A stretch of DNA of 54,238 bases from an uncultured Verrucomicrobiae bacterium (GCA_963788655.1 CAWBHS010000019.1:1-54238), one strand, 5' to 3'; positions 42,001 to 49,682 are shown, counted from the first letter of the stretch. The notes: generated from the letters alone by a model not told the origin. Numbers and translations: made by a program.

Positions 42001-43155
42001 AAGATGCAGACCGGCGACGTGGCGGATGTGGTGTTCACCACCACCTCACTGACCGAGAACCTGAACAAACCGCCATTCCTGAACAACTTGGCGCAATACA
42101 CGGTGAATTCGCCCGCCCTCAACGATCCGAACAGTGGTCAATGGGAATACCGGATGATCTATACCGCCGTTGTGAGCCAGGCGGCCTTCGGAGCAAGCGG
42201 CTTTGGCGGCGTGATGATTGTGGATCAACACAACTCGCCTGCCAAGATTGATAAGTTCACCCCGGAAGCTTGCAGTGGCTGTGTCACGAACATCGCCACG
42301 GCGATCGCCACGGCGGGCGGAATTACGTTGCCATCACAATTCGCTCAGGAAGTGGTCTGCAGCGGTACGCCGGTGCCCACACCCGGCGGCGAATGCCCGC
42401 AAAAAGCCGACTACTGGAAGAAGAACACCGGTGTGTGGCCGGCGGCCTACAGTCCCAACCAGAGCGTGGGCAGCGTGTTTGTGGCGGCCTCGCTCTATCA
42501 TGATGCCGAAGGCAAGAGCCTGCTACAGGCTGTTGACGGCAAGGCCGGATCCAAGGAAGTGAAGGATATGCTCAAGGAAGCCGTGGCGGCATTGTTGAAT
42601 GCGGCGACCGACTCGATCCAATATCCGTTTACTCCGGATGAGGTGATTACGGCCGTCAACATGGCGTTGACCAACGGCGGCAAGGATTCGCTTAAGAGCC
42701 TGAAGGAACTGCTCAAGGACGCCAACGACAACAAGGATTGCAACAAGCCGTCCAAAGGCGGTAATTGCGACACCAATGGCAAGCCTAATATGCTGACCTT
42801 GAGCTACACGGGCCAAAGCTGTGCGCAGGCCTCGAATGCGCAGATGGCTTACAATGGCAAGACGTCGTGCTCGGAAACCGCGGGTGGTCCGCAAGGCGCC
42901 GCGAGTGTCCGGGTCATTGCCTCCAGCAGTTCAACGCCGCCTACTGGAAGTTCCGGTGCCTTCTTTGACGGCACTGTGAACTCAAACCAAACGTTTGATG
43001 TTCACGGCAAGTTTGGTTCCAATACCTACTTCCACGTGTATGTGGGCAACACGTTGGTGCAAACCATCCAGATGCATACGTCGTGCTCCGCTCCGTTGGT
43101 GCGGGGCGACACATTTGGCAGCCTGATGTTGGTTGATTACGGGATTGTGCCGTAA
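30028..43155 (+). CDS. Giant (4375 aa) secreted Cys-rich protein: about 34 HYR-like repeats, an inserted domain, duplicated DUF11/DUF7507-like modules and two HTSCS domains. Putative adhesin or matrix protein.
   Basis: Uninterrupted 13.1-kb ORF with a signal peptide. Repeat consensus TPPVxxCPxDxTVECxxxxxP...ATDNCD...GxCP...ITRTWTAxDxCGNxxTCxQxITVVD. Confidence 0.92.
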   Translation: MKTKYPPIACLLGITMLVIVSCLPMSAVPVLQLQSGATTVTVPDGDLLDSSPLPGVVTYVGAVGNFTINVTSGLTKPTQGTAILPEISLSSVDTSKQGGTLSLQFSDNNFSPAPSGPIFGSLGGTAASGGNLVFNTYVNSSNTELDTSGGAVMSQGPFTGAFSDDANTSVALTAPYSITMEAIITHPPSANGVASSFVFDLTTSGCCEEILLTCPPDIAVQCLGDVPPADFAGGTMVDPCNHPETIVTHVGDTTVGTCPTIITRTYQASNDCTNSTCTQIITVNDTIPPVITCAPNVTVQCLADVPPSSFSVSDNCDPNPAVQVTESSAGNCPTIITRTYEATDICTNQATCIQVITVHDTIPPVFTQTPPDVDLGCNPASVPVCDVAQVTATDNCGPVTITCGSADVVTDCDHTRTITYTAADLCTNLATFVQTITWKVDVTPPVLTGCSTDVSVQCLADIPAAVNVTALDDCDGPLAVNYSDTQTNPGSSCNNVITRTWTAVDECGNQAQCVQIITVNDTMPPVVTCPPDVTVQCLSDVPPADFVGGSVSDNCDPNPLVSHEGDVAVGACPTIITRTYAATDICGNQSTCTQIITVHDTIPPVFTQTPPPNVDLGCNPASVPVCDVAQVTATDNCGPVTITCASADVVTGCLHTRTITYTAADLCTNLATFVQTITWKVDVTPPVLTGCSTDVSVQCLADIPAAVNVTALDDCDGPLAVNYSDTQTNPGSSCNNVITRTWTAVDECGNQAQCVQIITVNDTMPPVVTCPPDVTVQCLSDVPPADFVGGSVSDNCDPNPLVSHEGDVAVGACPTIITRTYAATNICGNQSTCTQIITVHDTIPPVFTQTPPPNVDLGCNPASVPVCDVAQVTATDNCGPVTITCASADVVTGCLHTRTITYTAADLCTNLATFVQTITWKVDVTPPVLTGCSTDVSVQCLADVPAAVNVTALDDCDGPLAVNYNDTQSNPGSSCNNVITRTWTAVDQCGNQAQCVQIITVNDTTPPQITCPLDLTVQCLNNVPPDFAGGTVTDNCDPNPVVTHVSDQTVGTCPAVTTRTYRAVDACGNASTCVQTITAIDETPPVIVCPGDVTVECDQPTEPNVTGEATATDNCDLPIIIVYSDCLDCCPQPSCPQEKIIKRTWTATDACTNVATCVQTITVRDTTPPVLTCPPDLTVECGQSCDPSAAGQPTVMDACDPQVGTTYSDTETPGQCPQERVITRTWTATDDCGNSSICAQTITVADTTPPVVVCPPDRTVECSTVSAAPPSDLMPIPNPIYQDIDVFGDNTGDSSDGIEIAPGQTWLGRFDVTTGDSDPSVTITKTFDASQGGPVAAGTVFNDITTYIPGTSPGIVQATAYFYIRKAGPVPPGDVIGVSLNTQNLGMTTAAQARFILDGGITGVALVQLDLSGKLLYQVEVDSSSPSSIRLDYAQLQVTADTVHSVMPLLIYPPADMGTGTAIDACDPNPTVDHSDNITPGNCPGAFTIVRTWTGIDACGNVGSCVQRIDVVDTTPPVVTCPPDITVECSQPFDPGIVGQASAMDNCDPQVNVSFADTEIPGACPQERIIKRTWTAIDDCNNSGACVQTITIVDTTPPVVSCPPNATVECDAARDPATLGMANATDLCDPTPNVSYLDTFAAGPCPESGTVTRIWTATDACGNFATCQQIITVVDTTPPVLTCPANSTVECTEPTDPASIGMPGVEDNCDPQVTLTYADSVQPGACPQDKVITRTWTAIDDCQNTSTCVQRITVADTMPPVIVCPSDKTFQCDHPIIFGQATASDKCDPAPAITFADVVTPGACPEAQTITRTWTATDACGNAASCVQVVTIVDTVPPVLTCAPDKTIECDQPVVFNDPTVLDNCDPQVTVTSADSTTPGNCPQSYSVTRTWTAIDDCQNTSTCSQTITVVDSKPPVLVCPADLTIECTQPTDPPATGLATATDNCTPNPAVTFSDVQTPGVCPVAKLIRRTWSVADDCGNIATCVQIITVIDPVPPVVICPPNVTIECGQSTEPSGTGMATATDNCTLDQDISLTWGDTVTVGTCPEKLTLTRTWTARDECGNTATCVQTIEVMDTTPPVLACPSDVTVQCDAPTDPTVTGKPTATDNCDPSFEVDYADVVIAIPSCPSARLIERTWTATDDCGNSATCLQRITVQDSQPPALVCPVDVTVECDLPTDPLHTGKAVAFDNCAGQVTPASVDTIVPGNCPNSREIIRTWTAQDNCGNVATCDQHILVVDRTPPAFVNCPADQTIECLTPINFGQPVVTDNCDPNPHVTSVDVETPGQCPQSKMVSRTWTATDACGNAATCRQVITVVDQTPPVVVCPPNVTVQCDQLNDPSATGSAGGIDHCDPNPSVTYSDTVTDRDCPEQRTITRTWTVRDACGNAATCAQIITVVDMTPPVVVCPADVTIECDAASDPSATGMATATDECDPVFSMTYSDSVGPGGCAQARIITRTWTATDDCQNISTCVQRITLLDRTPPQVFCPPNLTLECQTPTTPDSTGSASAIDNCDPSPTVSHSETITAGPCPEAFTLNRTWTAIDACGNAAACVQTITVMDTTPPAFVSCPADVTLQCGQPTDPGSTGQPIAQDNCDPVINITPADIVSPGRCAQEKVITRTWTARDDCQNTATCVQRITVVDNIPPTLTGCPADVTAQCDAVPAPATPGANDNCDLAPVVTLVETTQPGSCPEAKTLIRTWTATDACGNASSCSQRVTVVDTTPPVIACPPNATVQCDQLSDPAATGMATATDNCDPVFEITYSDSVAPGSCPQAKVVTRTWTAKDDCQNTSTCVQIITVVDTTPPVVMCPPDRAVECDQPTTPDNLGSATATDNCDDNPALTFTDSTAPGPCPQSHIITRTWKATDACGNSATCIQIITQVDTTAPVIACPANQTVECDQPVNFGQPTITDNCDPNPVVVFTDNTTPGPCPQAKTLTRTWTATDACGNTASCQQIISVVDTTPPVIACPANLTVQCDQPINFGQPTVHDNCDPNPAVTFTDATTPGPCPQAKTVTRTWTARDACGNAASCQQVVTVVDTVPPVITCPPNVTVLVNSPTDPANTCTPTATDNCDPNPTFQHSDTSMPGTCPGESIIKRTWTATDACGNSASCDQQISVIELTPCLTITKTPSADQVLPFTPVTYTYWVSNCSCVTATDVVVADDNGTPDFAGDDVVVGTIAVLGAGESVQLERTLILPVDVCCPTDGVTGQLLTEILPNGNIKVSFVQAFDVNDNTYGANTIGWGGPGKHSFNNLVGSDHAEFAFSNGAGQTVLQFQEDYISAASTSLYPSGYGTLGVTGGEGKMITGSAASVLATSTSLSDNLNQPPFLNNVAQYTKDSPALSDPNSAQWEYYMVYTVVVDKNAFGPSGFSSVAIVDQHNSPSKRKVCSAPDVCSPQCVTNTVVVSGQAMVMVTTNCTQQVPVTRATLATDTAVVCIATPPPPCGPCQGKVSELTLQYLGATPNAQIKVTQKNGATVFQGTVQPGGQFTFHGTDNGTFGTEITIMINGVTQTSIHTSCSQPIGPGLVRGDFRVIGGSSMQGGPLCPLNLPCIEVIKEIACLLPNDACGAFGKIASGVAGSQDPGFCYRITVTNCGPVGLDNLHVQDNQMGDLTSLFFANASTVLPVNGTVTRIVKMSWGQDTTNVVVATGQSVVNGDQVSDTDQAVALVTPARLTCMVTVTSPCDTDGNPSDNHVSLPNDSTPCAVTFTVQICNEGMMDLTQVTLSAPELVNLGCALPAPFNLASGECQTFTCTETLNCEALGGQSVVAHVTATANVVSIGTQCNYDFNGLPVQAGTACEGVISCGAEPKFLLFKNADKTIVEPGGVVTYTYTVTNNGTVTINDLVVSDDNGTPSVLNDDVVVGTLDTLAPGASHDFVRSLIMPVRLCSDQTGKETGTIITQVLPNGNIQATFIQSFAVNDNTYGVNSIGWGSKVHKFSNLTGSDKAEFQFKNGAGQVVLDFQLDYISSAPTSLYPSGYGTLGVTGGDGKMQTGDVADVVFTTTSLTENLNKPPFLNNLAQYTVNSPALNDPNSGQWEYRMIYTAVVSQAAFGASGFGGVMIVDQHNSPAKIDKFTPEACSGCVTNIATAIATAGGITLPSQFAQEVVCSGTPVPTPGGECPQKADYWKKNTGVWPAAYSPNQSVGSVFVAASLYHDAEGKSLLQAVDGKAGSKEVKDMLKEAVAALLNAATDSIQYPFTPDEVITAVNMALTNGGKDSLKSLKELLKDANDNKDCNKPSKGGNCDTNGKPNMLTLSYTGQSCAQASNAQMAYNGKTSCSETAGGPQGAASVRVIASSSSTPPTGSSGAFFDGTVNSNQTFDVHGKFGSNTYFHVYVGNTLVQTIQMHTSCSAPLVRGDTFGSLMLVDYGIVP
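31100..33040 (+). repeat. Near-identical intragenic tandem repeat, 723-bp period (3 HYR-like domains), about 2.7 copies
   Basis: Near-identical off-frame ORFs recur at 31155/31878/32601, and identical ones at 31715/32438. Confidence 0.92.
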
Positions 43156-43275
43156 CCCGGCGCACCCCTCCCTTCAGGCTGACTGAATCAAGTCTGTTCG
43201 GGAGTTCAATTGGCGGCGTCGGTTTGTTCGATAGGGCACAAACTGCCGCTACCGTTGGCCCCGCTTGGCCATAAG

Positions 43276-43316
43276 AAACAAACAACCCCGGTCTTCGGAC
43301 CGGGGCTGTTTGTTTT
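43276..43316 (+). terminator. Rho-independent terminator, probably bidirectional
   Basis: AAACAAACAACCCCGGTC-TTCG-GACCGGGGCTGTTTGTTTT (cUUCGg tetraloop). Confidence 0.85.
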
Positions 43317-43345
43317 ATGGAACTTCCTGAGGACAGGCGTTCATG

Positions 43346-43478
43346 AATGCCCAAGAACCAAGTACCCGAGATTGAGTAGTGGGCAATGACTGTTTGACCA
43401 ACTACCACCTTTCCAACATACAATTGGCACTTGAGACTTCGACATTGTTTATGCCTTGGGCATTGCGAGTTGGTCATT
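43346..43478. repeat. Heptamer repeat element with two opposed arms
   Basis: AATGCCC AAGAACC AAGTACC on the left and ...CCTTGGGCATTGCGAGTTGGTCATT on the right. Confidence 0.55.
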
Positions 43479-43559
43479 CATCGGGGCATTGCTGACCGTG
43501 TTCTGAGAATACGGTTTATTGGCTGGCAGCCGGCAGAAGGCTAACGATACGCTCGGTCC

Positions 43560-44625
43560 ATGTTTGAACCGGTAGCCAACCCGCGGGAATTGTTGGGAAC
43601 GATCTTAAGCGACGTATCGCGCTCGTTTTATCAGACCTTGCGCATTTTGCCAGGGGCCGTGCGTCCGCAGATCGGGTTGGCGTATTTGCTGGCGCGGGCC
43701 ACCGATACCATAGCGGATACTGAGATTGTTCCGGTGTCTGGCCGACTGGAGGCGCTCGAAAAACTGCGATCGCGCATCCTGGGCCAAAGCCAGACTCCGC
43801 TTGACTTCACTCAATTCATCCGCCCGGAAGCGTCATCCGCTCCAACTGCTTACACGGTTGGCGAGCGGGTGTTACTTGAGCGGATCGAGCAAGCCTTGAC
43901 TGTGCTCGTCAGTTTTCGAGACACCGACCAGCAACTCATTCGCGACGTGCTCTTCACCATCACCAGCGGACAGGAATTAGATTTACAACGGTTCGGCCGC
44001 GCGGAACTGGAAGCCGGCCAACGTCCCGCCCCGTCCATAGTCGCCCTCCGATCGGATGCCGAATTAGACGATTACACGTATCGCGTGGCCGGATCTGTCG
44101 GCGAATTTTGGACCCGCATCTGCCGAGCCCATATATTTCCTCGCGCACGGTTGGATGACCAAACGCTGTTGGCTAACGGGGTTCGCTTTGGCCAGGGACT
44201 GCAATTGGTTAATATTTTGCGGGACGTGCCGGCGGACTTGCGCAAAGGACGCTGCTATCTTCCGGGGGAAAGCCTGCTGGCGATCGAACTTGCTCCCGGC
44301 GACTTGTTAGATCCTCGAAATGAAACCAAATTGCGCCCGCTGTACAACCGGCTGCTGGACCGCGCCCAAGATTGTTTGAAGACCGGCTGGACCTACACTA
44401 ACATGCTGCCTTGGCGCTGCGTGCGGGTGCGCTTGGCATGTGCCTGGCCGGTGTTAATTGGTGTTCAAACGCTCAAGCGATTGCGTGAAAACAAGATTCT
44501 TGGAAGCCGGATCACCGATTAAGATTCCACGTGCCGACGTGCGTAACATTTTGCTGCGCACGGTGTTGCTTTATCTGTGGCCGTCGGCTTGGCGACGAAT
44601 GTTTGAGTGGGCTCTAAGTAAATAA
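43560..44625 (+). CDS. Squalene/phytoene synthase family protein, probable frameshift near 44500
   Basis: VSRSFY, YLLARATDTIAD, YTYRVAGSVGEFWT and GLQLVNILRD. The shifted frame continues IKIPRADVRNILL...WALSK* to 44625. Confidence 0.88.
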
Positions 44626-44748
44626 TCCTTGGATTGGCCCAGTTTTGGCTGAGAAATGGATGGCTTAAGGCGTTCAGGGGAAGTCGGAGAGTGGCGGGTG
44701 CTGCTTTCGCGATTGCCTCTGCGGGGCCTTTTAGGTAGTCAAAGAAAT

Positions 44749-47700
44749 ATGAAAATTTGCAAACGGCTGTTGATTCTTTTCTTGGGTAGCCTCGGCCTGA
44801 CTTCTGTGAAGGCCCAACCCGCCACGCCGGAACCTGTCGAACCTTCCCCCGATGGGGCGGGGCGTTCCCGGCTTGAACCGGCCGCGACTCGCGTGAATTC
44901 AAGTTCTCCCGACGTCAATGTGACCGTTGGTGCCGCACCTGATCCGGCGCAATACTTGTTGGCTCCGGAGCAGGAAGAGCAAGCCCGCAAGTTGCTGGGC
45001 ACTCCCTCCGAAATCAAGGTTGCCGCGCAACCGCAGACCATTGATCCCACTCGCGAAATCTTGCGTCAGCAGCAACTCAAGGAATCCCAACGCCAGCTTC
45101 GGGAGGAGAACCGGATGCCCTCGTCTGCGAGCGGCGCGCAGGCGGTCGCGCAGGAACTTGAGCAACGATCCCAGCAGGACGCCCAACGGCGGGAACGGAT
45201 TGCCCGGATTGAAGCGGAACTGGCTGCCCGCAAGCAGGGGCTCGCACCAACCGCTCCGGCTCCTGAGCGGCCGATGACTTCTGCTACCGTCGCCGCTCCG
45301 GTGACACCGGCCGTTGCCGCTTCGCCCACTGCTGGTCATGCTTCAGAAGTAGTCCCCTCAGCACCGGTGTCGGCACCGGCATCCGAAGTTCAAGGCGTGC
45401 CGACAACTCCTCAAGCGCCAGCCAACGAGAGCGATCTGTCGCAGGTGCAGGCAGTCCACGCTCGGGAATTACTGCACCAGGTCATGAGTGCTCCGGAAGC
45501 TGCTATTCCCGCTCCGGCGCCCCAACCAGCGGCTGCCGCAGCACCGCCCGCACCTATGCCCGCAGCCCCTGCGGCATCAGCCCCGCCGGCGGTGGCCAGT
45601 CCGGGTGAACAAACACCGATGACGGCTGAAGAAGCAGCCAAGGCGCAGGAAATTCTTCAGCAAGTATTGAATGAATCTTACTCGGCTCCCCGCGCCGCCG
45701 GTATGGTGCCGTTGAACTCTGAAACGGGAGATCATCGAACCACGGATAGCTTCTCCAAAGCTGTGAAAGGCTCTTTTTTGGGCCGGCGTGGACGTGACAT
45801 GTTTGACGTTCGTGGAGGGATTGAAATCGCGCCGCCACCCCCACCAAACTTCGCTCCTGTCGGTGAAGACGTCACTCCGTCGGGAGGCTTGGGAATGGCG
45901 CCCACCAAGGCGGCGCCAATGACTCCAACCCAGCAAAAGGAAGCATTGCAGACTTTGGAGCAGGAACTTGGGACGCCGGCGACTGCTCCGGCTTCCGCGC
46001 CGAAGGCCCCGCGCCCCACGCCTGCTCCTCCTCCGCCCCCGCCGCCAGCGCCGAAAGCGCAACTGAACGCTTCGCCGCAAGCCGCAACGGTTTCGAATTC
46101 TACCGAAGCCATGCCGAAGCCCACCTCAGCGGTGGCCGGACAAGCAACACTATTGACCGACGGCATCAACGAAAGCGAAGCCGTTCCCATCAACGCCCGC
46201 GAAGTGCCCAAGACCGATTCGGCGTCTCCCGCACCCAAACCTCAAAGCGCTCCGGCGGTGGCACCGGCCGCTCCATCTGTGGATTCATCTGCGAATGAAG
46301 TCCGGGCCAAGAAACTGATTCAGCAGGATTTGCAGGATATTTCTAAGGCGGCCCAACCCCCGAGACCTACCACGCCCGCACCGAAACTTGGGGAAACTCC
46401 GGCTCCGGCAACAACGCAATCCGCACTCAAGCCAGTTGCTCTGCCCGGTCAATTACCTCCGGGAATGGGAACCGGCGATGAACAAATACTCACCGGGAAG
46501 TTCCTGGGTTGGGTCGAGGAATCGGAGGTTGAAGAGCCGCGCATGAGCACGGAGCAGGAGTCGGCGGCCCGATCCTTGCTCTATCAAAAACTGAACGACT
46601 TGGATACGTTGACCCAGACTCCGCCCGCCACGCGAACAACACCTCCGCCGGCGAAGACTGTCAAAGCAGTCGCTCCCCCGCCCCCGCCGCCAACGGTTGC
46701 TCCAGTAGTACCAGCGCCTGCCCGCGCGGAAGTGACCCCCACAGTCGCTACTCCACCTCCGCAGCCTGCTTTAGTGGCGCCGGCATCTACGCCGGCTTCG
46801 AGTGTGCCGCAAATGACCGCTGAACCAGAAGCGGAGGCGCAGATCGTGCCCAAAACCAAGCTTGCCGAAACCAAATCGGTTCCCGCGCCGTCTCCGAGCG
46901 CCACCGCGACAATCGCGGCTGAGGCTGCTTCCGAGCCAACTCCCGCACCACCCGCGGTTGCTTCATCCCCGTCCACCGAAATGACCGAAGAGCAATCCCT
47001 TGCGGCGCGCGAACTCCTGCGGGATACCACTTACCAAATGTCCAGGCGGTCGGCGGCTGCGTCCCCCGCTGGGGAGTCAACGGCAGCCCGTCCCACCGGC
47101 CCATCGACGTCGCCGCAAGCAGGCAACCAAGGTGGGGGCATTCAACCCCCGCCGGGAGTTAACTTGTCGTCTGAAGATGAACAGAAAGCCCGCGAGGTAT
47201 TGCGTAAGAAACTATCTGAAATCAATGGCCGCAGAACAACGCCTGCGGAAAGCAGTTACGTGCCGGAACCGCTTCCGGTCGGGGGCGACGCCGCGTCAGC
47301 TTCTCCGGTTCCGGTAAAGCCGCCGGCTGCCGTTGTTCCCGAAGTTTCCCAAGCAGCTCCGATCGCTGAGCCACCGCCGGTTGCAGCCCTTCCAGCCCCG
47401 TCCGCGGCGGCGGAAGTGCCTGCCAAGCCAACCGCTCGCAACATGTCGGTCGAGCAAGAAGCCAAAGCCCGTTCGTTGTTGGACAATTCCTTGACTGAAT
47501 TGGCACCGCCGCCTGCACCCGCCGCGCCGGCAGCACTCCCACCGGCACCCAAGAGTGCGCCTCCAGTCCCGCCGCCACCGGCACCCGCATCGGCCGCGGT
47601 TGCTCCTGAATCCGCTCCGATCCCTGTGCCAGCACCGGCCGCGGTTGCCCCTACATCTGCGGCAACGGCCCCTACCGGTATGACGCCTGAAATGGAACAA

Positions 47701-48282
47701 CGAGCGAAGGCCCTCCTGGCCAGTAAGCTGAACGAGAGTGACGTAACTCCTGCTCCCGCCATGCCCACGGCCACCCTTGAAGGCCAACCACGTTCCTGGG
47801 AAAAGGGCCGGGCGGAATTGGAGCAAATCAAGAAAGCCGAGGAAGCGGCAATCGCCAAAGAGAAGGCTGCTGCCAAACGTGTGGCCAAAGCCGACGAAGC
47901 CGCGCGGAAACGGATTGAAGCAATGGAGGCCGAGGCGATGGAACAGGCACGCAACGAAGCGCGCAAGCGGCTCGAAGCGGAAGCCCAAGCCTTGGTGAAA
48001 GCGGATCGAACCGCGCCCGCCGCCGTCCCGGTGGACAGTTCAGCGCAGCCCGCTCGCCCGTCACCGACTCAGCCATCACCGGTGGCCCCGGAAACCGCTC
48101 CGCAACCCGCGCCGGCCAAAGTTACTCCTCCCAGCACCCCCGAGCCGGCACCAGCCAACGTTGCTGCGGTGACGGGGACCAAGCAAGAGCGTCTGGATGC
48201 CTTGTTGGACGCCTATGCCAGCGATAAAGTAACCGCTCAACAATATCACGTCGAACGGCAGAAGATACTTTCAGAGCCATAG
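44749..48282 (+). CDS. Secreted Pro/Ala-rich protein with interspersed helical repeats, coiled coils and a SHOCT-like C-terminus
   Basis: Signal peptide MKICKRLLILFLGSLGLTSVKA and a long open frame. C-terminus KQERLDALLDAYASDKVTAQQYHVERQKIL. Confidence 0.85.
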   Translation: MKICKRLLILFLGSLGLTSVKAQPATPEPVEPSPDGAGRSRLEPAATRVNSSSPDVNVTVGAAPDPAQYLLAPEQEEQARKLLGTPSEIKVAAQPQTIDPTREILRQQQLKESQRQLREENRMPSSASGAQAVAQELEQRSQQDAQRRERIARIEAELAARKQGLAPTAPAPERPMTSATVAAPVTPAVAASPTAGHASEVVPSAPVSAPASEVQGVPTTPQAPANESDLSQVQAVHARELLHQVMSAPEAAIPAPAPQPAAAAAPPAPMPAAPAASAPPAVASPGEQTPMTAEEAAKAQEILQQVLNESYSAPRAAGMVPLNSETGDHRTTDSFSKAVKGSFLGRRGRDMFDVRGGIEIAPPPPPNFAPVGEDVTPSGGLGMAPTKAAPMTPTQQKEALQTLEQELGTPATAPASAPKAPRPTPAPPPPPPPAPKAQLNASPQAATVSNSTEAMPKPTSAVAGQATLLTDGINESEAVPINAREVPKTDSASPAPKPQSAPAVAPAAPSVDSSANEVRAKKLIQQDLQDISKAAQPPRPTTPAPKLGETPAPATTQSALKPVALPGQLPPGMGTGDEQILTGKFLGWVEESEVEEPRMSTEQESAARSLLYQKLNDLDTLTQTPPATRTTPPPAKTVKAVAPPPPPPTVAPVVPAPARAEVTPTVATPPPQPALVAPASTPASSVPQMTAEPEAEAQIVPKTKLAETKSVPAPSPSATATIAAEAASEPTPAPPAVASSPSTEMTEEQSLAARELLRDTTYQMSRRSAAASPAGESTAARPTGPSTSPQAGNQGGGIQPPPGVNLSSEDEQKAREVLRKKLSEINGRRTTPAESSYVPEPLPVGGDAASASPVPVKPPAAVVPEVSQAAPIAEPPPVAALPAPSAAAEVPAKPTARNMSVEQEAKARSLLDNSLTELAPPPAPAAPAALPPAPKSAPPVPPPPAPASAAVAPESAPIPVPAPAAVAPTSAATAPTGMTPEMEQRAKALLASKLNESDVTPAPAMPTATLEGQPRSWEKGRAELEQIKKAEEAAIAKEKAAAKRVAKADEAARKRIEAMEAEAMEQARNEARKRLEAEAQALVKADRTAPAAVPVDSSAQPARPSPTQPSPVAPETAPQPAPAKVTPPSTPEPAPANVAAVTGTKQERLDALLDAYASDKVTAQQYHVERQKILSEP

Positions 48283-48299
48283 TTGTTTCCGTCAGCACG

Positions 48300-48332
48300 A
48301 AGCCCGTCGAGTCACGCTCGGCGGGCTTTTTT
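48300..48332 (+). terminator. Rho-independent terminator
   Basis: AAGCCCGTCGAG-TCACG-CTCGGCGGGCTT-TTTT. Confidence 0.8.
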
Positions 48333-48383
48333 GTTGGGGCTTTTCCTTTGAATTGCCCGTCGGTTTGTCATTTACTACCGCGC

Positions 48384-49682
48384 ATGCACGACTTTCGGTG
48401 GGTCGGGAACAAACTGTTTTGTGAACGCGTGGCGGTCGAAACGCTGGTGCAGCGCTTCGGCACGCCGCTTTTCGTATATTCGCAACACACGCTGACGGAT
48501 CATTTCCAGAAACTCGACCGGGCGTTCGCTCCCCTGGATCACCTTGTTTGTTATGCGATGAAGGCCAATTCGAATGCCGCGGTCATGCGAACGCTCGCCC
48601 GGCTCGGCAGCGGATTTGACGTGGTCAGCGAAGGCGAATTGCGCCGGGTGATCGCGGCGGGTGGCGATCCGCGTCAATGCGTTTTCGCGGGCGTCGGGAA
48701 GACCGAGGCGGAGATCGAGTTTGCTTTGCGACAAAACATCTACTCGTTCAACGTGGAAAGCGAACCGGAATTGCTTCGGATTAACCGCGTGGCCGCGCGC
48801 TTGCAACGGAAGGCTCCCATTGCGGTGCGGGTGAATCCCAACGTGGATGCGCACACGCACGCCAAAATCACCACGGGCACCTACGAAAACAAATTCGGCA
48901 TTCCCTTTGAGCAAGTCGAACGAGTTTATGCGCGCGCTCACAAATTGAAGAACGTCCGGTTGCGTGGCATCCAAATGCACATCGGCTCGCAACTTACCGA
49001 AGCCAAACCCTTTGAATTGGCCGTGCGAAAGGTCGCGCCGCTGGCAGCCAAACTGGCGGCCCGTTACGACTTCGAGTTCATCAGTATTGGCGGCGGAGTG
49101 GGGATTGTTTATGAACCGGCTCTGGCCAGTGGGGCGCCGGCTTGGTGGCGCTCCGCCCGCGCGCGCAAGATCCTGACGCCCGACCGTTATGCTGCCCGGT
49201 TGAAGCCCTTGCTCCAGCCGCTGGGCTTGCGCATCCTGATCGAGCCCGGACGGTTCATCGCCGGCAATGCCGGTCTCCTGGTTACGCGGGTTGAGTATGT
49301 GAAGCGCACCGGTAGCAAGAACTTTGTGATTGTCGATGCCGCCATGAATGACCTCATTCGGCCGGCATTTTACGATTCGTATCACGAAATCGTGCCGTTG
49401 AAACGCCGGCGGGGTGGCCTCGTGGCATCGGATGTCGTTGGTCCGATTTGCGAATCGGGTGATTATTTTGCCAAGGACCGCCCGCTGCCCAAAGTCGGCG
49501 AGGGCGACTACCTAGCCTTGCTGAGCGCGGGCGCCTACGGAGCGGTGATGGCTTCCAATTACAATTCGCGTCCCTTGGCTGCCGAGGTGATGGTGCGAGG
49601 AAACAAAGTCGCTTTGGTGCGTGCGCGGCAGAGCTTTGAGGCGCTTTGGGCCAATGAGATGATCCCGCCGTGGCTGCGATAA
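48384..49682 (+). CDS. lysA: Diaminopimelate decarboxylase
   Basis: YAMKANSN, FAGVGKT, HIGSQ, IEPGRFIAG, VVGPICESGD and GAYGAVMASNYNSRP. Confidence 0.96.
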   Translation: MHDFRWVGNKLFCERVAVETLVQRFGTPLFVYSQHTLTDHFQKLDRAFAPLDHLVCYAMKANSNAAVMRTLARLGSGFDVVSEGELRRVIAAGGDPRQCVFAGVGKTEAEIEFALRQNIYSFNVESEPELLRINRVAARLQRKAPIAVRVNPNVDAHTHAKITTGTYENKFGIPFEQVERVYARAHKLKNVRLRGIQMHIGSQLTEAKPFELAVRKVAPLAAKLAARYDFEFISIGGGVGIVYEPALASGAPAWWRSARARKILTPDRYAARLKPLLQPLGLRILIEPGRFIAGNAGLLVTRVEYVKRTGSKNFVIVDAAMNDLIRPAFYDSYHEIVPLKRRRGGLVASDVVGPICESGDYFAKDRPLPKVGEGDYLALLSAGAYGAVMASNYNSRPLAAEVMVRGNKVALVRARQSFEALWANEMIPPWLR

